A stretch of DNA of 64,000 nucleotides from Octopus vulgaris (Eukaryota), in NCBI GenBank assembly GCA_951406725.2, contig OX597815.1, positions 51,646,001-51,710,000 of the forward strand, read 5' to 3'. This document shows positions 38,431-52,818 of the stretch, one piece after another (position 1 is the stretch's first letter; each line of letters begins with the position of its first letter). The position numbers and the translations under genes were made by a program. The notes beneath the pieces are model-generated. The model did not search any database. It saw nothing but the letters and a program-made list of their open reading frames with translations, and had not been told where the DNA came from.

Positions 38431-39351
38431 AATAATAATATAATAATGATGATGATGGTAACAACAACAACAAGAACAGGGAAAGCTAAGTGAAAACCAT
38501 CAGGATGTCAATATAAAGGAACCAAGAAAAATAAGCACATGCAAGCACATTATATGTATGGAGCATATTTATATGTGTGTATCTATACACACAAACACTC
38601 ATACACAACTCAACATATTTATTTATATATATATACATACACACACACAAAACACACACACATATGCATATATATAAACAGACATACACACAGACACCTT
38701 CACATACAAATACATACTTTTTATACTAGATTTATTAGTTTATTGCAGTTGATCCTTTTCTTTTTTTCAATTATTGTTTTAATAACGGAATCAATAAAAC
38801 CACAGCTTGTTGTAAATACAGTAATCGCAAGGACGTACTCCTCCCATAATAATTCGCATAGAAACAGGAAGGGCTTTACATAAAAGCGTGTGTGTGTGTG
38901 TGCATGTGTGTAAGCTTGAGATTTCAAGCAAGAGTTAAAGATTACTCAATAACAGAAAAGAGTATAGCTGTTTACTGTTGTACAGATTACTTTGTGTTAT
39001 TACTCAGTTTCACAAATGCTGACTGCAAAATAACTTAGAAATCAGTAGCATATATGGAATACTGTGTGTAGTAAGCTGAACAGCATGAGAAAAGAAATAT
39101 ATTACATATATTTGTATGTTGTGTACTTGAGTAAGACACTTTATTTCACACTACCCCAGTTCACTTAGCTGTAGAAATGAGTTACAATGTCAATTGTGCC
39201 AAACTGTATCAGCCTTTTCCTTGGATAACATTGGTGTATGCATGGGCAACTGCTAGTCTTCCATAAACAAGCTTGCCTGGACTTGTGCCTCAGAGTGTAA
39301 CTTTCTAGATGCAATCCCATGGGCATTCATGACCGAAGGTGGAGGGGTCTT

Positions 39352-39403
<52 letters not shown>

Positions 39404-39594
39404 GAATTTGTTTTGCAAGATTGATGTGAAATCATGCGCTGAAACTGATGGTCATTTCTTTTCTTGCCAAATAAACACATGCAATGTATATTCATTCTTC
39501 ACTTGTTTATTACTATTCTTATTTTATATGCATTATATGGAAATCTTTCATTACACACTTGTGACCTCTTCAGCGACTTTCTATCCCAAAATAT

Positions 39595-39637
<43 letters not shown>

Positions 39638-39644
<7 letters not shown>

Positions 39645-41034
39645 TCTGACCAATAGGTATCCAGACTGTTGCCATAGTAATGAAGCTAAAACAAACAGAG
39701 TGAAGCCGCTTAGCAAAGAGTGACCCTGATCTCTGCTGTGCATGTGCACTAAGTTATAATGTTCTAGCTGACTTCTGCTGTTTACAGCAGTGCTTTGAAG
39801 TAACATGAGTAACATGTGATCATCGCATTGACCATGACAGAGAAATTTGTCATGGCAATACCTGATTAGAGGCTGATGAAAAGTTGCAGAAAGTGTATAG
39901 AAAGAAGTGTGTGAGCCGCACACAAGTGTATGAAAGGTTCAGATGTTTCCAAGATGGCTGTAAAAATCTCGATAGTGACGAACGTTCTGGGAAAGCTGCA
40001 ACCAGCAGAACTGAGAAAACATCACAGGTGTGCATGCAGTCATGAGAAGAAATCACCATCCATGAGTTATCAGAGGATGTGCAGATTGGTTACAGTTCAG
40101 ATCAGTCCAGTATTACTGAAGATTTGGGTATGAGACATAAGTCTGCCAAGTTTGTGCCAAAACTGCTTTCAGCTGATCAAAAAGATACTCAGGTTTCAGT
40201 CACACAAAATCTCCTTGATTGTGTCAAGAATGCTTGAAAACTTTGCATAGCATAGGAGTGGCTGTGTGGTAAGTAGCTTGCTTACCACACTTCTCCCATC
40301 AATATCATCCTTGTTTCATCATTCATCTCATCAATGTATATGTCCAGCCTGCAAGCTACTCTTTGTAATGCCTTTACGGCAAATCTTAATGAAATAAAGT
40401 AGCTTGCTTACCAACCACATGGTTCCGGGTTCAGTCCCGCTGCATAGCACCTTGGGCAAGTGTCTTCTACTATAGCTTCGGGCCTACCAAAGCCTTGTGA
40501 GTGGATTTGGTAGACAGAAATTGAAAGCTCGTCGTATATATGTATATATGTACGTGTGTGTATATGTTCGTCCCCCCAACATCGCTTGACAATCGATATT
40601 GGTGTGTTTACGTCCCCGTAACTTAGTAGTTTGGCAAAAGAGACCGATAGAATAAGTACTAGGCTTACAAAGAATAAGTCCTGGAGTCAATTTACTCGAC
40701 TAAAGGCGCTGCTCCAGCATGGCCACAGTCAAATTACTGAAACAAGTAAAAGAGTAAAGAGTATAGCCTTCTGAGCAGGTATCACCAAGCTTTTGGCAAA
40801 ATCTGATGCAGATTTTCTGCTCAACTTTCTCTGTCATGGTCAATGTGATGAACACACACACTACACACGTTACTTCCAAGCATTGCTGTAAAAAGTAGAA
40901 GTGAGCTAGAATGTTAAAACTTAGAGCACATGCACAGCATAGTTCAAGGTCAATCTGTTCCAGGTAGCTTCTCTCAGCATGCTTTTGCTTCATTACTATG
41001 GTAACAGCTCAGATACTTATTGATCAGACCATGT
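39638..41034. mobile_element. mariner-derived element with two inward-facing 5' ends
   Basis: Left part encodes SRTQVYERF..DSDERSG..EDLGMRHKSAKFVPKLL; right part on minus strand encodes MTEKVEQKICIRFCQKLG; both share ~200 bp of terminal sequence and the ATGACAGAGAAA start. Confidence 0.8.
40397..40760 (+). mobile_element. SINE family 1 nested in the mariner remnant (separate head piece at 40253-40288)
   Basis: Colinear with other family 1 copies. Confidence 0.88.
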
Positions 41035-41240
41035 ATATATATATATATATTCTTTTAGTCTTTTACTTGCTTCAGTCCTTTTGACTGTGGCCATACTAGA
41101 GCACTGCCTTTTAATCAAAGAAATCAACCCCTGGACTTATTCTTTGTTAGCCTAGTAGTAAACACACCAATATTGGTTGTCAAGAGATGGTGGAGGGACA
41201 AACACACACACAAATATATATATGATGATGATGATATATA

Positions 41241-41332
41241 AAATTAGCTGAAGATTACTCGACATATTAAATCTGCTGTAATATTTACAGCTTTTAATAA
41301 AATGTTGTAGTATGAAACAATTGTATTAAATT
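41241..41332 (+). ncRNA. Type I hammerhead ribozyme motif with long stem II
   Basis: AAATTAG-CTGAAGA-tTACT CGACAT ATTAAA..GCTGTAA tat TTACAGC tTTTAAT..ATGTTG t AGTAt-GAA-ACAATTGT-A-TTAAATT; palindromic stem III; U-U mismatch at the base of stem II. Confidence 0.7.
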
Positions 41333-41811
41333 ACCGGATTCATTCTTGTTGCTTATTTTTTATTATAATCACCCCACATATTTTTATGGCTAATACCATA
41401 AAAAAATTCTGGTGCATCTAAATTAAGTACCATATTCATTTGAATCTTGTTTGCTGAACTTGTATATATATATATATATATGTATGTATGCAACAGGCTT
41501 TTTTCAGTTTCTCTCTACCAAATCCACTCACATGGTTTTGGTCAGCCAGAGGCTAGATACACCTGCCCAAGGTTCCATGAAGTGGGACTGAACCCGGAAC
41601 CATGTGGTTGGGAAGCAAGCTTCTTACCACACAACCACGCCTTCACCCATGGCTCCATACATCTTAAAGTTTTGTAAGCTCATCTTTCAGTTTCTGTCTA
41701 CCAACTTCACTCACCAGGCTTTGGTCGGCCCAAGGCTATAAGCATATTATTGTTAATAATCTACAATAATATCAGTGGCTAGCATGTGTAAAAGGCAAAA
41801 TTATTAATTAA

Positions 41812-42045
41812 TATTGAAGGGTACTACTTGTAGCACCAGCATGCTAAAAGTAGCAGTCAAAACAACTCAAAACCACAGATTATGTCTTTGTGAATGATTA
41901 CTTTGTTTTGTCTATGGTACAGAGTCTAAAAATTTTACTACTCATTCTCTCAATTTCGCCTTTGTGTACAAGTGAAAACTGTGGTTTTGAGTTATTTTGA
42001 CTGCTATTTTTAGCATGTTGATGCTACAAGTAGTACGCTTCATTA
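41812..42045. mobile_element. MITE with ~65-bp TIRs, TA-flanked
   Basis: TGAAGGGTACTACTTGTAGC...AAAACCACAG / CTGTGGTTTT...GCTACAAGTAGTACGCTTCA. Confidence 0.8.
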
Positions 42046-42056
42046 CTAATACACAT

Positions 42057-42096
<40 letters not shown>

Positions 42097-42099
42097 CTT

Positions 42100-42702
42100 G
42101 TATGTCTGTTTGCCCCCACCATCATTGCTTGACAACTGATGTTGGTATGTTTACATCCTCGTAACTTAGTAGTTCAGCAAAAATACCAACAGAATAAGTA
42201 TTAGGATTACAAAGAATAAGTCCTGGGGTCAATTTGTTCGACTATAGGCAGTATTCCAGCATGGCCACAGTCAAATGACTGAAACAAGTAAAAGAATATA
42301 TATATATGTGTGTGTGTGTGTGGTAAGTAGCTTGCTTACCAACCACATGATCCCAGGTTCAGTCCCACTGCATGCCACCTTGGGTTAGTGTCTTCTACTA
42401 TAACCTCGGGCTGACCAAAGCCTTGTGAATGGATTTGGTAGATGGAAACTGGAAGAAGTCCGTCATATGTGAATATATGTATATGTATGCGTGTGTGTAT
42501 GTTTGTGTGCCTGTGTTTGTCCCCCCAAAATCACTTGACCACCAATGCTGGTGTGTTTACGTCCCCATAACTTAGCAGGTCGGCAAAAGAGACTGATAGA
42601 CTAAGTACTAGACTTACAAAGAATAAGCTCTGCGGCTGATTTGCTTGACTAAAAGGCAGTGCTCCAGCATGGCCGCAGTCAAATGACTGGAACAAGTAAA
42701 AG
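42100..42702 (+). mobile_element. Tandem SINE family 1 copies (tail, then near full-length)
   Basis: Two GACTG(A/G)AACAAGTAAAAGA tails at ~42295 and ~42702. Confidence 0.85.
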
Positions 42703-43338
42703 ATATATATAGAGAGAGAGTCACACTCTTTTCACTCTCACAGAGTTACCTATTCCTCCATCCATTCTAATCTTCTATCTCTTTTCTCACTCTACATTCA
42801 GCTCATACTTTGAAATATGCTCTTACCATCCCTTCCTCTTTTTCCAGTTGGAGAAGCTATGTATCTCTTCTTCATCAAGACACCTGTTCTTGTCCCTCTA
42901 TCATCCTTAAACTTCTCAACACCAGCCATAAAGCTACAACCCTCAATACTACACCCCACCCAGCATTTGAGGAGTTTTGTCCAGCAAGTTACTTGGTCAA
43001 TCATGGCATCATGATGGCATCATGCTAAAAAATACCCAGCACAGTCTGCAAAGTGGCCAGCATTAGGAAGGACATCAGCCATAGAAACTATACCCAAGTC
43101 CCTGTCAAACTGTCCAACCCAAGTCAGCATGGAAAACAGATATTGAACAATGATGAGGATTATGTATGTATGTATGTATGTATGTATACATATATGTATA
43201 CATATACATGTGTGTGTATATATATATATATATATACACACACATATTTATAAACACACATATACACGAATGTACATGCATGTGTATATACATATGTATG
43301 TACATGCATGTATATATATACATTTGTATAAGTACATA

Positions 43339-43379
<41 letters not shown>

Positions 43380-43801
43380 TATATATATTCTCTTTTATTC
43401 TCTTTTCTCTTTTAGAAGACACTTGCCCAAGATGCCACGCAGTGGGACTGAACCCGGAACCATGAGGTTGGTTAGCAAGCTACTTACCACACAGCCATAT
43501 ATATACACACACACATGTATATACACATTTATGTACATGCATGTATATATATACAAATATATAAGTACATATGTGTATATATATATATATATATATACTT
43601 TGATACACATGTATATACACATTTATGTACATGTATGAATATATATATATATATGTATACATGTGTATGTATATACATATATATGTACATGTATATGTAT
43701 ATACATGAATATGTATGTACATGTATATAGATGTATATGTATGTACATGTATATAGATGTACATGTATATGTATATACATGTGTATATATATATACATGT
43801 G

Positions 43802-43854
<53 letters not shown>

Positions 43855-44054
43855 TCTGTAAATAACAATAATTATAAGCTTAAAGCTTTCAAGTGGTCAG
43901 GAAAAAGTGAGTGTTAGCATGCATGGGACTGAAACATACTAACACTCACTTTTTCTGTTGAGGGCTTATATGCCCTAATATTAGACTATTTTCTTTAGTC
44001 AATACATGGTGATCACTTGCAAGCTTTAAGTTTATAATTATTGTTATTTACAGA
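43855..44054. repeat. 200-bp multi-hairpin (four-way junction) element
   Basis: 45-bp outer IR (43855-43899 / 44010-44054) enclosing hairpins 43901-43955, 43961-43976 and 43979-44004. Confidence 0.85.
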
Positions 44055-44613
44055 ATTGTCACTTTTCACTGCTTCTCCATTTAACACAGAAATACATACA
44101 TGTATAAACAAGTAAATATATGTATATACATGTGTCCATCTAGTTCGCCAGACCTCAGTCAAATCGTCCAACCCATGCTAGCATGGAAAGCAGACGTTAA
44201 ACGATGATGATGATGTATATACATATATTTACAGAGACACACACACAGATACATATATCATCTATTATCACCCCATATCAATTTTGACAGGTTTAGTTGA
44301 CCAAATCAACCCCAGTACTTATTTGAAATCAGGTACATATTTGATCAGTGTAATTTTTGCCAAACCACCATGTTATGGGGACATGAGCAAAGAAGCATTA
44401 GTTTCTCTGTCTGTATGTGTGTGTTTTGCAGGCATTGGAGCTTGGTGTAGTCCTCCGGCTCATCAGTTCCTGTCACTGTCCAACTCATGCCAGCATGGAA
44501 AATGGATGGTCAATGATGATGTTAATGATGGTGATGATGCGAATGCATGTGTACATATATATATAACTTTGAATATATGTGTATATATTTATAAGCATAT
44601 ATGTGTGTGTGTG

Positions 44614-44649
<36 letters not shown>

Positions 44650-47062
44650 CATAAATAAATAAAACAATGAAAGAAAATAGATAAAAAATATTCTGAAGGA
44701 AGAGGAGAAAGAAAAAAGTTCCAAAAGCATAATTTGCCTTAAAAATAAGAAAAGGCAAAAAAGAAAATGTAAATAAATATGAATGTAAGCTAGTGGGTAT
44801 GTGAATGTTGTTGTTTATGGTATCAGATTAACAAAGACTACGAAGAGAGAGGAAAGATCAGAGAGAGGTATTTGACAGACATTATTGGACAATGAAACAA
44901 CAAAGTAACAAAAAGAAAAATGAAGAAGTCTTGGAGAAAAGAACATTCTAGAAGGAAAGAAGGAATCAAATGAAATGATAAAATACAAATAGAAAAATGA
45001 AAATAACAGGAAATTGTTTTTGTTATGATTTATTAGCTTTGGTTGCATGTTCATGAGTAAAGGTGAGAGGGAGAGTGTGGTGAGACAGAGAAAGAAATGG
45101 ATAGTGTAGAGACAAGAAGGCAATCAATAGAGTGCAGATTGCTGTTATTAGCAGTTATTTGCACATATAGGACAGAGATGAATTTGAAGGGTAAAGAGTG
45201 TGGGAATGAGAAGAATGGAAAGAAGAAAGTAAGACAGCAAGAAAGAGAGAGAGGAGGAGGAGAGAGAAAGAATTGGAGAGAACAGTAGAATGGGGAATAG
45301 AGGGAATATGAAAAGAAAGCATAGAGAGAAGACTAGAGGAAAAGACAAAAGAAAAAAGACTGAGAAAGAACAACATAAAGACTGTGAGTGGGGACACGAA
45401 AGTGGGAAGAGAATAACTAGAAGAAAAGAAGAAAATAGTAGAGGAAGCAGTAAAAATGAGATGGAAATGTGAAAACTAAAATGGGGAAAGTGGACAGCAA
45501 GAAGAGAAACAAAGATTATGAGAAAGTGTCAAAATATCAAAGACCCATTGGGCTTTGATGATTCTAGCTGGGAGCTTAACATTTTCAACAAGGCTCCATT
45601 TCTAACTCAAGCAATCTGAATGAAAAATAACATGTGAGTAACCTTGAAGTGAATAATTTTGACACAGCTACCTCATTGCATATGTCCAAGAAGAAATTGT
45701 ACAGAAACAAATGTCAAAAACAGGCTATTTAGGAAAGATAAATTGGGGTAATTTATAACAAAGCCCAAAGAGATGACCTTCAGTAAATACTAAACAGCTA
45801 TCTAAAATATTTTACTTTGATGGCAGTTTTCTCTGTTAATTCATTAACTACAAAAACATTTGGCTGGTTGAAGAACAAGAATAAAAGTTGCAAAGACAAT
45901 TCTTCAGTCTTTAAGTAGTCAGAACAAACGTTGTCACATGTCAGTTCTCTTCTTTTTAATTTCTTCTATTCTCTATTTCCTTTATTAGAAAAAAAATAGT
46001 GTGTAGACACCAATATTTTTTTTTATTTCTTTTTGTTATTTTCACAATTGATTTTCTCAAAAGTTTTGCTGAGTGATCTCTAAGAAACAAAACCCATATG
46101 TATGAAGTTTTTAGAATGAAGGAAGAAGATTATAGAAAACCAAGATGGTTCTAAAACAATAAAACATTAAATATCCATTTTATTCTGAAACTAAGGCATT
46201 GTGATGCTCTTTTATGGTTGAAGCTGAAATAGAAGCGGAGAAATAAGCAGAATAGATGGCAGAAAAATAGCAAAGAAGGCAATAAAATATTGAGGTAGAA
46301 AAGTGAACATTTCTATTGAGCTAATGTTTATTATCATTACATTTAGTCAAGTGGCCATACTATCAACAGACCATAATATTCTGTACATACTTCCATATGT
46401 GCATAACAACTATTTTGATTGATTGTCCCATAATCCTGGGGTGAATTCTAACTTCTTAGGCTGCTACCCTAACAACTCAGTCAGCTATGACTCCCATATA
46501 GAGAATGAAGAAAGGAAATTTATTATATTTTGGACATTTCAACATCCATTTTTCAATGCTACAATAAGTTGGGGAATTCCATATTTTTAAGTATTTGTAT
46601 TAATTATTGGATCAAGTGTTTGTTTATGGACAAATGTCCTTCCAGACATCTATATTGCTTGCTGTGAAATAGCAGTTGTATATCTTTTCAACCAAGTAAT
46701 ATACTTTGTGTATTAGATAACTTGTCTACAGTAGAATTTGAACTCCTATACTTCAGAAATAGAATACTTAAACAATATGCAGCTATCTATAATGTCTTTT
46801 GAATTTATTCTTTAAATTATTTATTTTAATGAAAAAATTTTTTGGCATTTTTTGCCTCTTTCAAAACTGTTTAGACCTGTCATATGTAATAATTATATAT
46901 ATTTGGAGTAGATTTTAATCTATATCAATTCTATACAAATTCTTTCTTATATTAAAGAAAAAAAGATATTTGATCATATCTTATAAAATATTATGGAGCA
47001 GGTAATTTCAAAGTAACAGTTACCTTCAACAAAACTCATGGAAAGAACTGGATATTCTAGCT

Positions 47063-48153
47063 TTAACCCTTTAGCATTTAAACCAGCCATATCCAGCCAA
47101 AATATTCTGTTTTATGTTTGGACTGGTCAGAGCTGGCCTCTCACACCAACTCTACAATATCATTCTAAAAATTAACAGTTACCTCATCAAAATCTTAAAA
47201 CTATAAGATAATATATGGTTAATTAAATGTTATGTGGTTAATTAATGTTTATATGGTTAATGTTAAATATATGGTTAATTAATGTTGCTTGCAAGAAATG
47301 AAGCTAGTAAGCTCCACTCGATGTGTAATGTCAGTGTGCATTAACAACAGAGTTTAAGTCCCTGAGAGAAAAGTTGAACATAAGAAGCATCAGATGTGGT
47401 GTGCAAGAGAGACAACTGCACTGGTATGGTCATGTATTGATTATGGATGAGAACAGCTGTGTGAAAAAGTATCACACCATAACAGTGGAGGGAGCCTGTG
47501 GCAGAGGTAGACCAGGAAAGACATGGGATGAGGTGGTGAAGCATGACCTTTGAATGTTGGACCTCATGGAAGCAGTGACAAGTGACCAAGACCTTTGGAA
47601 ATATGCTGTGCTTGAGAAGACCAAGCAAGCAAAGTGAGACTGTAGCCATGGCCTATGCCAGTGTCACATAACTGGCCCATTTAAGAGTACCCTTCAATCA
47701 TTGAGAAGACCTGTTGAGTCAAGTGATATCATTGCCGTGGCCAATGCCAGTACCGCCAAACTGGCACCCATGCTGGTGGCACGTAAAAAGCACCATTCGA
47801 GCGTGGTTGATGCCAGTCCCATCAGATTAACTTCTGTGCCGGTGGCATGTAAAAAGCACCATTCAAACATTATCGATGCCAGTACCACCCAACTGGCTCC
47901 CATGCCAGTGGCATATAAAAAGCATGCACTACACTCTCAGAGTGGTTGGCGTTAGGAAGAGCAACCAGCTGTAGAAATCTTGCTAGATCAGATTGGAGCC
48001 TGATGCAGCCTCCTGGCTTGCAAGTCCTCAGTCAAACTGTCTAACCTATGCCAGCATGGAAAGCAGATGTTAAATGATGATGATGATGATGATGATGAAT
48101 GTGAATAAATAAGCATTACATTTGATAGAATAATCTGAATGCTAAAGAGTTAA
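47063..48153. mobile_element. piggyBac-type MITE split by an RTE 3' fragment (~47287-48097)
   Basis: MITE halves TTAACCCTTTAGCAT.. and ..AATGCTAAAGAGTTAA; insert encodes GVQERQLHWYGHV..GRGRPGKTWDEVVKHDL and ends in (GAT)n. Confidence 0.88.
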
Positions 48154-49137
48154 ATACTTTACTGCATTTCTCCAGACAAATTTAATTCTCTCTTTCATTG
48201 GTTCAATGTAGTTTGTACTTGTAGGAGAAAAATGTAGTCAAGGAGCAAGTTCTAGAGAGTTATATTTGTTGGAAGAATGGACTGAGGAAAAGGTTTACAG
48301 CAGGTGATTGGCTGTGAGACACAATAAGGTGATGAATGATATTGGGATGGAGCAGTTTAACAGGAAACATTCAACTAAAGGATGGATAAAGATCATACAT
48401 AAAAGGATTAGCTAGGAGATACTCATGACAAAACTTTGTCAAACTTCTCAAGAGACCATTAGTGTATGATATAGGGGTGCAAATCTATGATATATCTGGT
48501 TCTGTGGAAGTTATAATGGTTCCTTAGAAAAGAAAATAACTCAGAGATAAAGTATATGAAAGTGAGTGCAACGAGTCAGTAATTTAAAGGGCCAGAAGTA
48601 GACCTTCTTCGAAATGGAATAAAGTTTCATATGTTTCTATAAGTTGGGATACATATTCTAAAACCATGTTAGGATATGAGCTCACTGCATAGCACAGTGT
48701 CTGAGAGTAATAGATTTATACTATCAAAATTAGTCAATTTGTTGGGGGTGAAGTGATGGAAATGTTTACACTTGGGTATTGTGTGTAAATGGAGGTGAGT
48801 CAAAGAGGCCAAAGAGGAAAGTTTAGTAGTGCAGAATGAATGTGGAAACATGACAGATAATAAATGTTATATTTTTGTTTTTTAGGGGGTTGTTTTTTAA
48901 ATTTTGCAATGAATGCTCTTTACAGAATCAGATTGGTTGAGGAGTAGTAGGTAAACAGATTCTTCAAAATCAGTAGGGACTTCAAAGCAATATGGGAAGC
49001 AAGAGAGAATTTTCAAAATATGTTATACATGAAGAAATTCTTTACTTTTCTGATAGTCTTCTCACAAGTGTTGCAACAGTGGGAAATGCACCCACTCAGT
49101 AATTGTGCACAAATTCACATCACATACTATAAGCAGG

Positions 49138-49203
<66 letters not shown>

Positions 49204-49844
49204 CTTTGTCTCCACTGGTGAAGTATAGCTTTGAGTGAACTACTTCCTTAAGATTTATACAGATTCATCAATTACAAAAGTTTCCATAATTCTAGTTTAT
49301 GAAATCAATTTTCATAAAAAATGTACTTCTTTTATGAGAAAAAAAGAAAGAAAGAAAGAAAATGATTGCAGAACACAAGAGAGAACTCAAAGAAACTCTC
49401 AACTAGATTCCAATCTTAAACAAACAATAACTTCAAATAAGTGAGTTTGAGTCATTGATTCACTACCAAGAATTTATTACATTTTCAGCTGATTACATAA
49501 ACACTAAAATTATGAATTACATCAATCTCAACAGTCTGGGAGTGTCTGAGGGGAAATAGATGAAAAATGTCTATGGGGCACTGCTTCTCTTCCTCAGACG
49601 AAATTAGAGAAATATGAAATGAAAAATAAAATAATAATAACAATGTTAATCTCAGTTGGAAACTTGAACTAAACTTGTTCTGCTATCTAAAAAATGTGAC
49701 ATACTAGACTACAATATTTTGAAGTAACAGATAAGATATTAATGTAAATAATCATAATGGATATTATTATCACCAATTTGAGGGATAACAGAGAAACAGA
49801 TGCTAGTAATAGGATTAGAACCAGGTATTTATAGTTTGTGAAGT

Positions 49845-50282
49845 GAAGGTGTCTGGCATAGTGGTTAGAGTGTTGCACTCATGATTGCAAAATGATAGTT
49901 TCAATTCCCAAACAAGACACTGCATTGTTCTTGAGCAAAACACTTAATTTCACATTGCTCCAGTCTACTCAGATGTAAATGAGTAACTCTGCAATGGACT
50001 GTTATCCTGTTCAGGAGGAATGTGGTGATCTTGGGCACTTATATACAATGGAAACTGGGTAACTGATTCAGTGAATTTTAGGACCCAAGGCATCATCATC
50101 ATCATTTAACATCCGTTTTCCATGTTGGCATGGATTAGATGGTTCAGCCAGAGCTGGTAAAGCCAAGGGCTACATCAGGTTCCATTGTCTGTTCTGGCAT
50201 GGTTTCTGTAGCTGGATGCCCTTCCTAGCACTGACCATTCCACAGAGTGTACTGGGTGCTTTTTATGTGACACCAGCACCAG
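49845..50282. mobile_element. SINE family 2 (+, 49845-50070) followed by an RTE tail (-, 50091-50282)
   Basis: TGGCATAGTGGTTAGAG..TTGTTCTTGAGCAAAACAC; CATCATTTAACATCC..GGGTGCTTTTTATGTG. Confidence 0.75.
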
Positions 50283-51658
50283 TGCTTTTAATATGTCACT
50301 AGCATGAATGTTTTCTATGTGATACCAGCTGCTGTGGTGGATGGGTCTTCTTGAGACAGTAATGTATAATCTATAGCTTGCCATGTAACCACAATTATAA
50401 TACCTAATTTCAGAAAAGAAAATGGCAGAAGCTTTGTAATAGTTACAAGACTGGCTAACAGGCAACAGACACATGGCTTAAATCATATCAGTAGCCTTGT
50501 CTCTCCCAACTGTCTCAAATTGATGCCTACAGCGTCTAATAACAGAAAATACAATTTCTTTGGAAATAAATCCTTACTGAGAATATGTTTCAATGCTGCT
50601 ACAAAACACAATGGAGGTCACATGCAGTGTTATAAAATAGTATTTCCCTTTCAACATCAAAGCAACACTGAAGGGTTGGACAATTGAACACCTCTCTTCA
50701 ATGTTTCAATGTAGTATACATACAGACTGTTGCTTATACCCATAGACATATGTCTTAGCAAGTTTTCAAAATTTCTGAGAAGTTCATTTACACAAATCTT
50801 TGTCATTCTCCACCACAACATAAAACATGCCACTGTTTTATGCATTGATTTATACGATTGATTTTGGTTTAGGATTTCTTAAGCCTGATTTATTTTCTTT
50901 GCAAATAAAAACTTATTTCGATAATGAAACAAAAAAAAAAGGAAAAAATGGGAAAAAAGATTGATGATGTACAAAAAGTAAAAAACAGAAAAAGCCAAAA
51001 CTGATGCATTTAGCCTTGCCTTAGGGCAGTTGCATCAAATAGACTTTCAGTTCAATATAAACTAAGAGAAACATGCTAAAGATGTGAGTAATAAAACAGA
51101 ACATTATTAGACTGTCAAGTTTCATTTTAGATCTTGTTTAAATAGAAAGGACAATAATGAAAAGGAGGAAAGTATTATAGATATAGTACCTTCCTATGTG
51201 TATGTTTATGTGCACAGGTGTGTGAGCCTCTGTGTGCGTGTGTGTATATATATAAACATGCATATATACATGCACACACACATATATATATATACATGAA
51301 GAGGAAAGAGAAGGAGACTGAAAACTACTGCGCAAATAAAACCTTTGAAGGTGATGCACCGATATGGCTGCAATCCAGTGACTTAAACCAGTAAAATAAT
51401 AAATGAATATATGTAGGCAATATATATATATTCTCTAAATGAAGCAGGCAAATAACAACATGACTGCCCAAACTCATGATCTTTAGCGAGACACCACTTT
51501 ATGTAATAATGTACCTCATGTGGCCCAGACTGCCAGATTGACGCAACATGACATGATGCACAGCATTCCACTCTTCAAAGACAGTCGCAGGATGGGTTGA
51601 AACAATCATCATACAAACTAAAAAGTTATACTAGTTCCATCGTCTGTTTACTTAATTG

Positions 51659-51694
<36 letters not shown>

Positions 51695-52818
51695 TATATG
51701 TATGTATGTATAAATAAAAAATTAGAAAAGAAACCACCTTTTATCAATTCAAAATGAACAATTAAATTACACCATCCAGAAAATTACACATATTAGAAAT
51801 ATTAAAATTAAAATAACAATAAAATTTCAATGATTAAGTAAATTGCAAAAAAATAATAAAAACGTATATAATTGGTAGAATAACGAAACTTTCTTTTAAT
51901 TATTATATAAGAATTTAACATCTTACATATTATTTAATTTGAGAATTAATTTTGTTAGACTATATTTCTTATAATAATTAGATAATATTTTTATTTAATA
52001 GTATTATTTTTAAATAAATTAGTTTTTATTTTAATATAAATTTTATGTTTAACTTTTTTATCGTGTGATATATTTAATCTATAGATATTATACATAGATA
52101 TTAATATAATTAGTTTTTATAATGGATTTGAGTATATTTGAACTTTTTCCAATTTTTGATTGTATTATTCATGAATGGAATCGTATTGAGTATATTAATT
52201 AGACGCTAAAACATATTAATACATTTAAAATCCAGATACATTAACTTAATCGTTGAACTTAGTAACTCAGTTTGTTTATCAATATTATTTAGATCTTGTT
52301 ATTATTTTGAGTTTGATCGTTCTTATTATTATTGTTTTTGACTGGTTTGGTAGAGGACTGGTGATTGTGATTGTAAATCTTCATAGTGTATTGTTCATTG
52401 GTTCTAATATTTTTGCACCTTTCTTTAATTTTGGGGCTGTAGGGTTTTCTTAGTTTCCATTAACATATTATTCTCGCCATTATATCTTTTTATATACATT
52501 GATAGATATAAGTTACGATAGATATTAATTCTTATATCTCTTTATTTGGTGTGGGCTTTTTTTAAATAAAATAAATCCTTAAAATCCTTAAAAATGTTTT
52601 AGCCCAAAGGCCACAGCCATATATATAAATATATATTTATAAATTATATATATATATATAAAGGGATCTAACGTATTACATTTAATTTTATTTAAGAATT
52701 AATTTCGTCAGACAATATAGTATTTAATTATTAGGTGGCATATTTATTATGTAATATTAATTTTAAGTTAATTAGGTATTATATTATTTGATATTTAGTC
52801 AACTTTGTTATAGATTGT

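Noticed and set aside
49535-49606. GTCTGAGG..CCTCAGAC-GAAA hairpin as a hammerhead
   Set aside because: The seven nucleotides before the stem do not match CUGANGA
50998-51045. Hairpin resembling a decayed hammerhead on the minus strand
   Set aside because: Needs several core substitutions; not supportable
51890-52560. Mitochondrial insertion or coding remnant in very AT-rich DNA (also 21740-22575)
   Set aside because: No recognisable mitochondrial gene, tRNA or sustained reading frame in the frames examined
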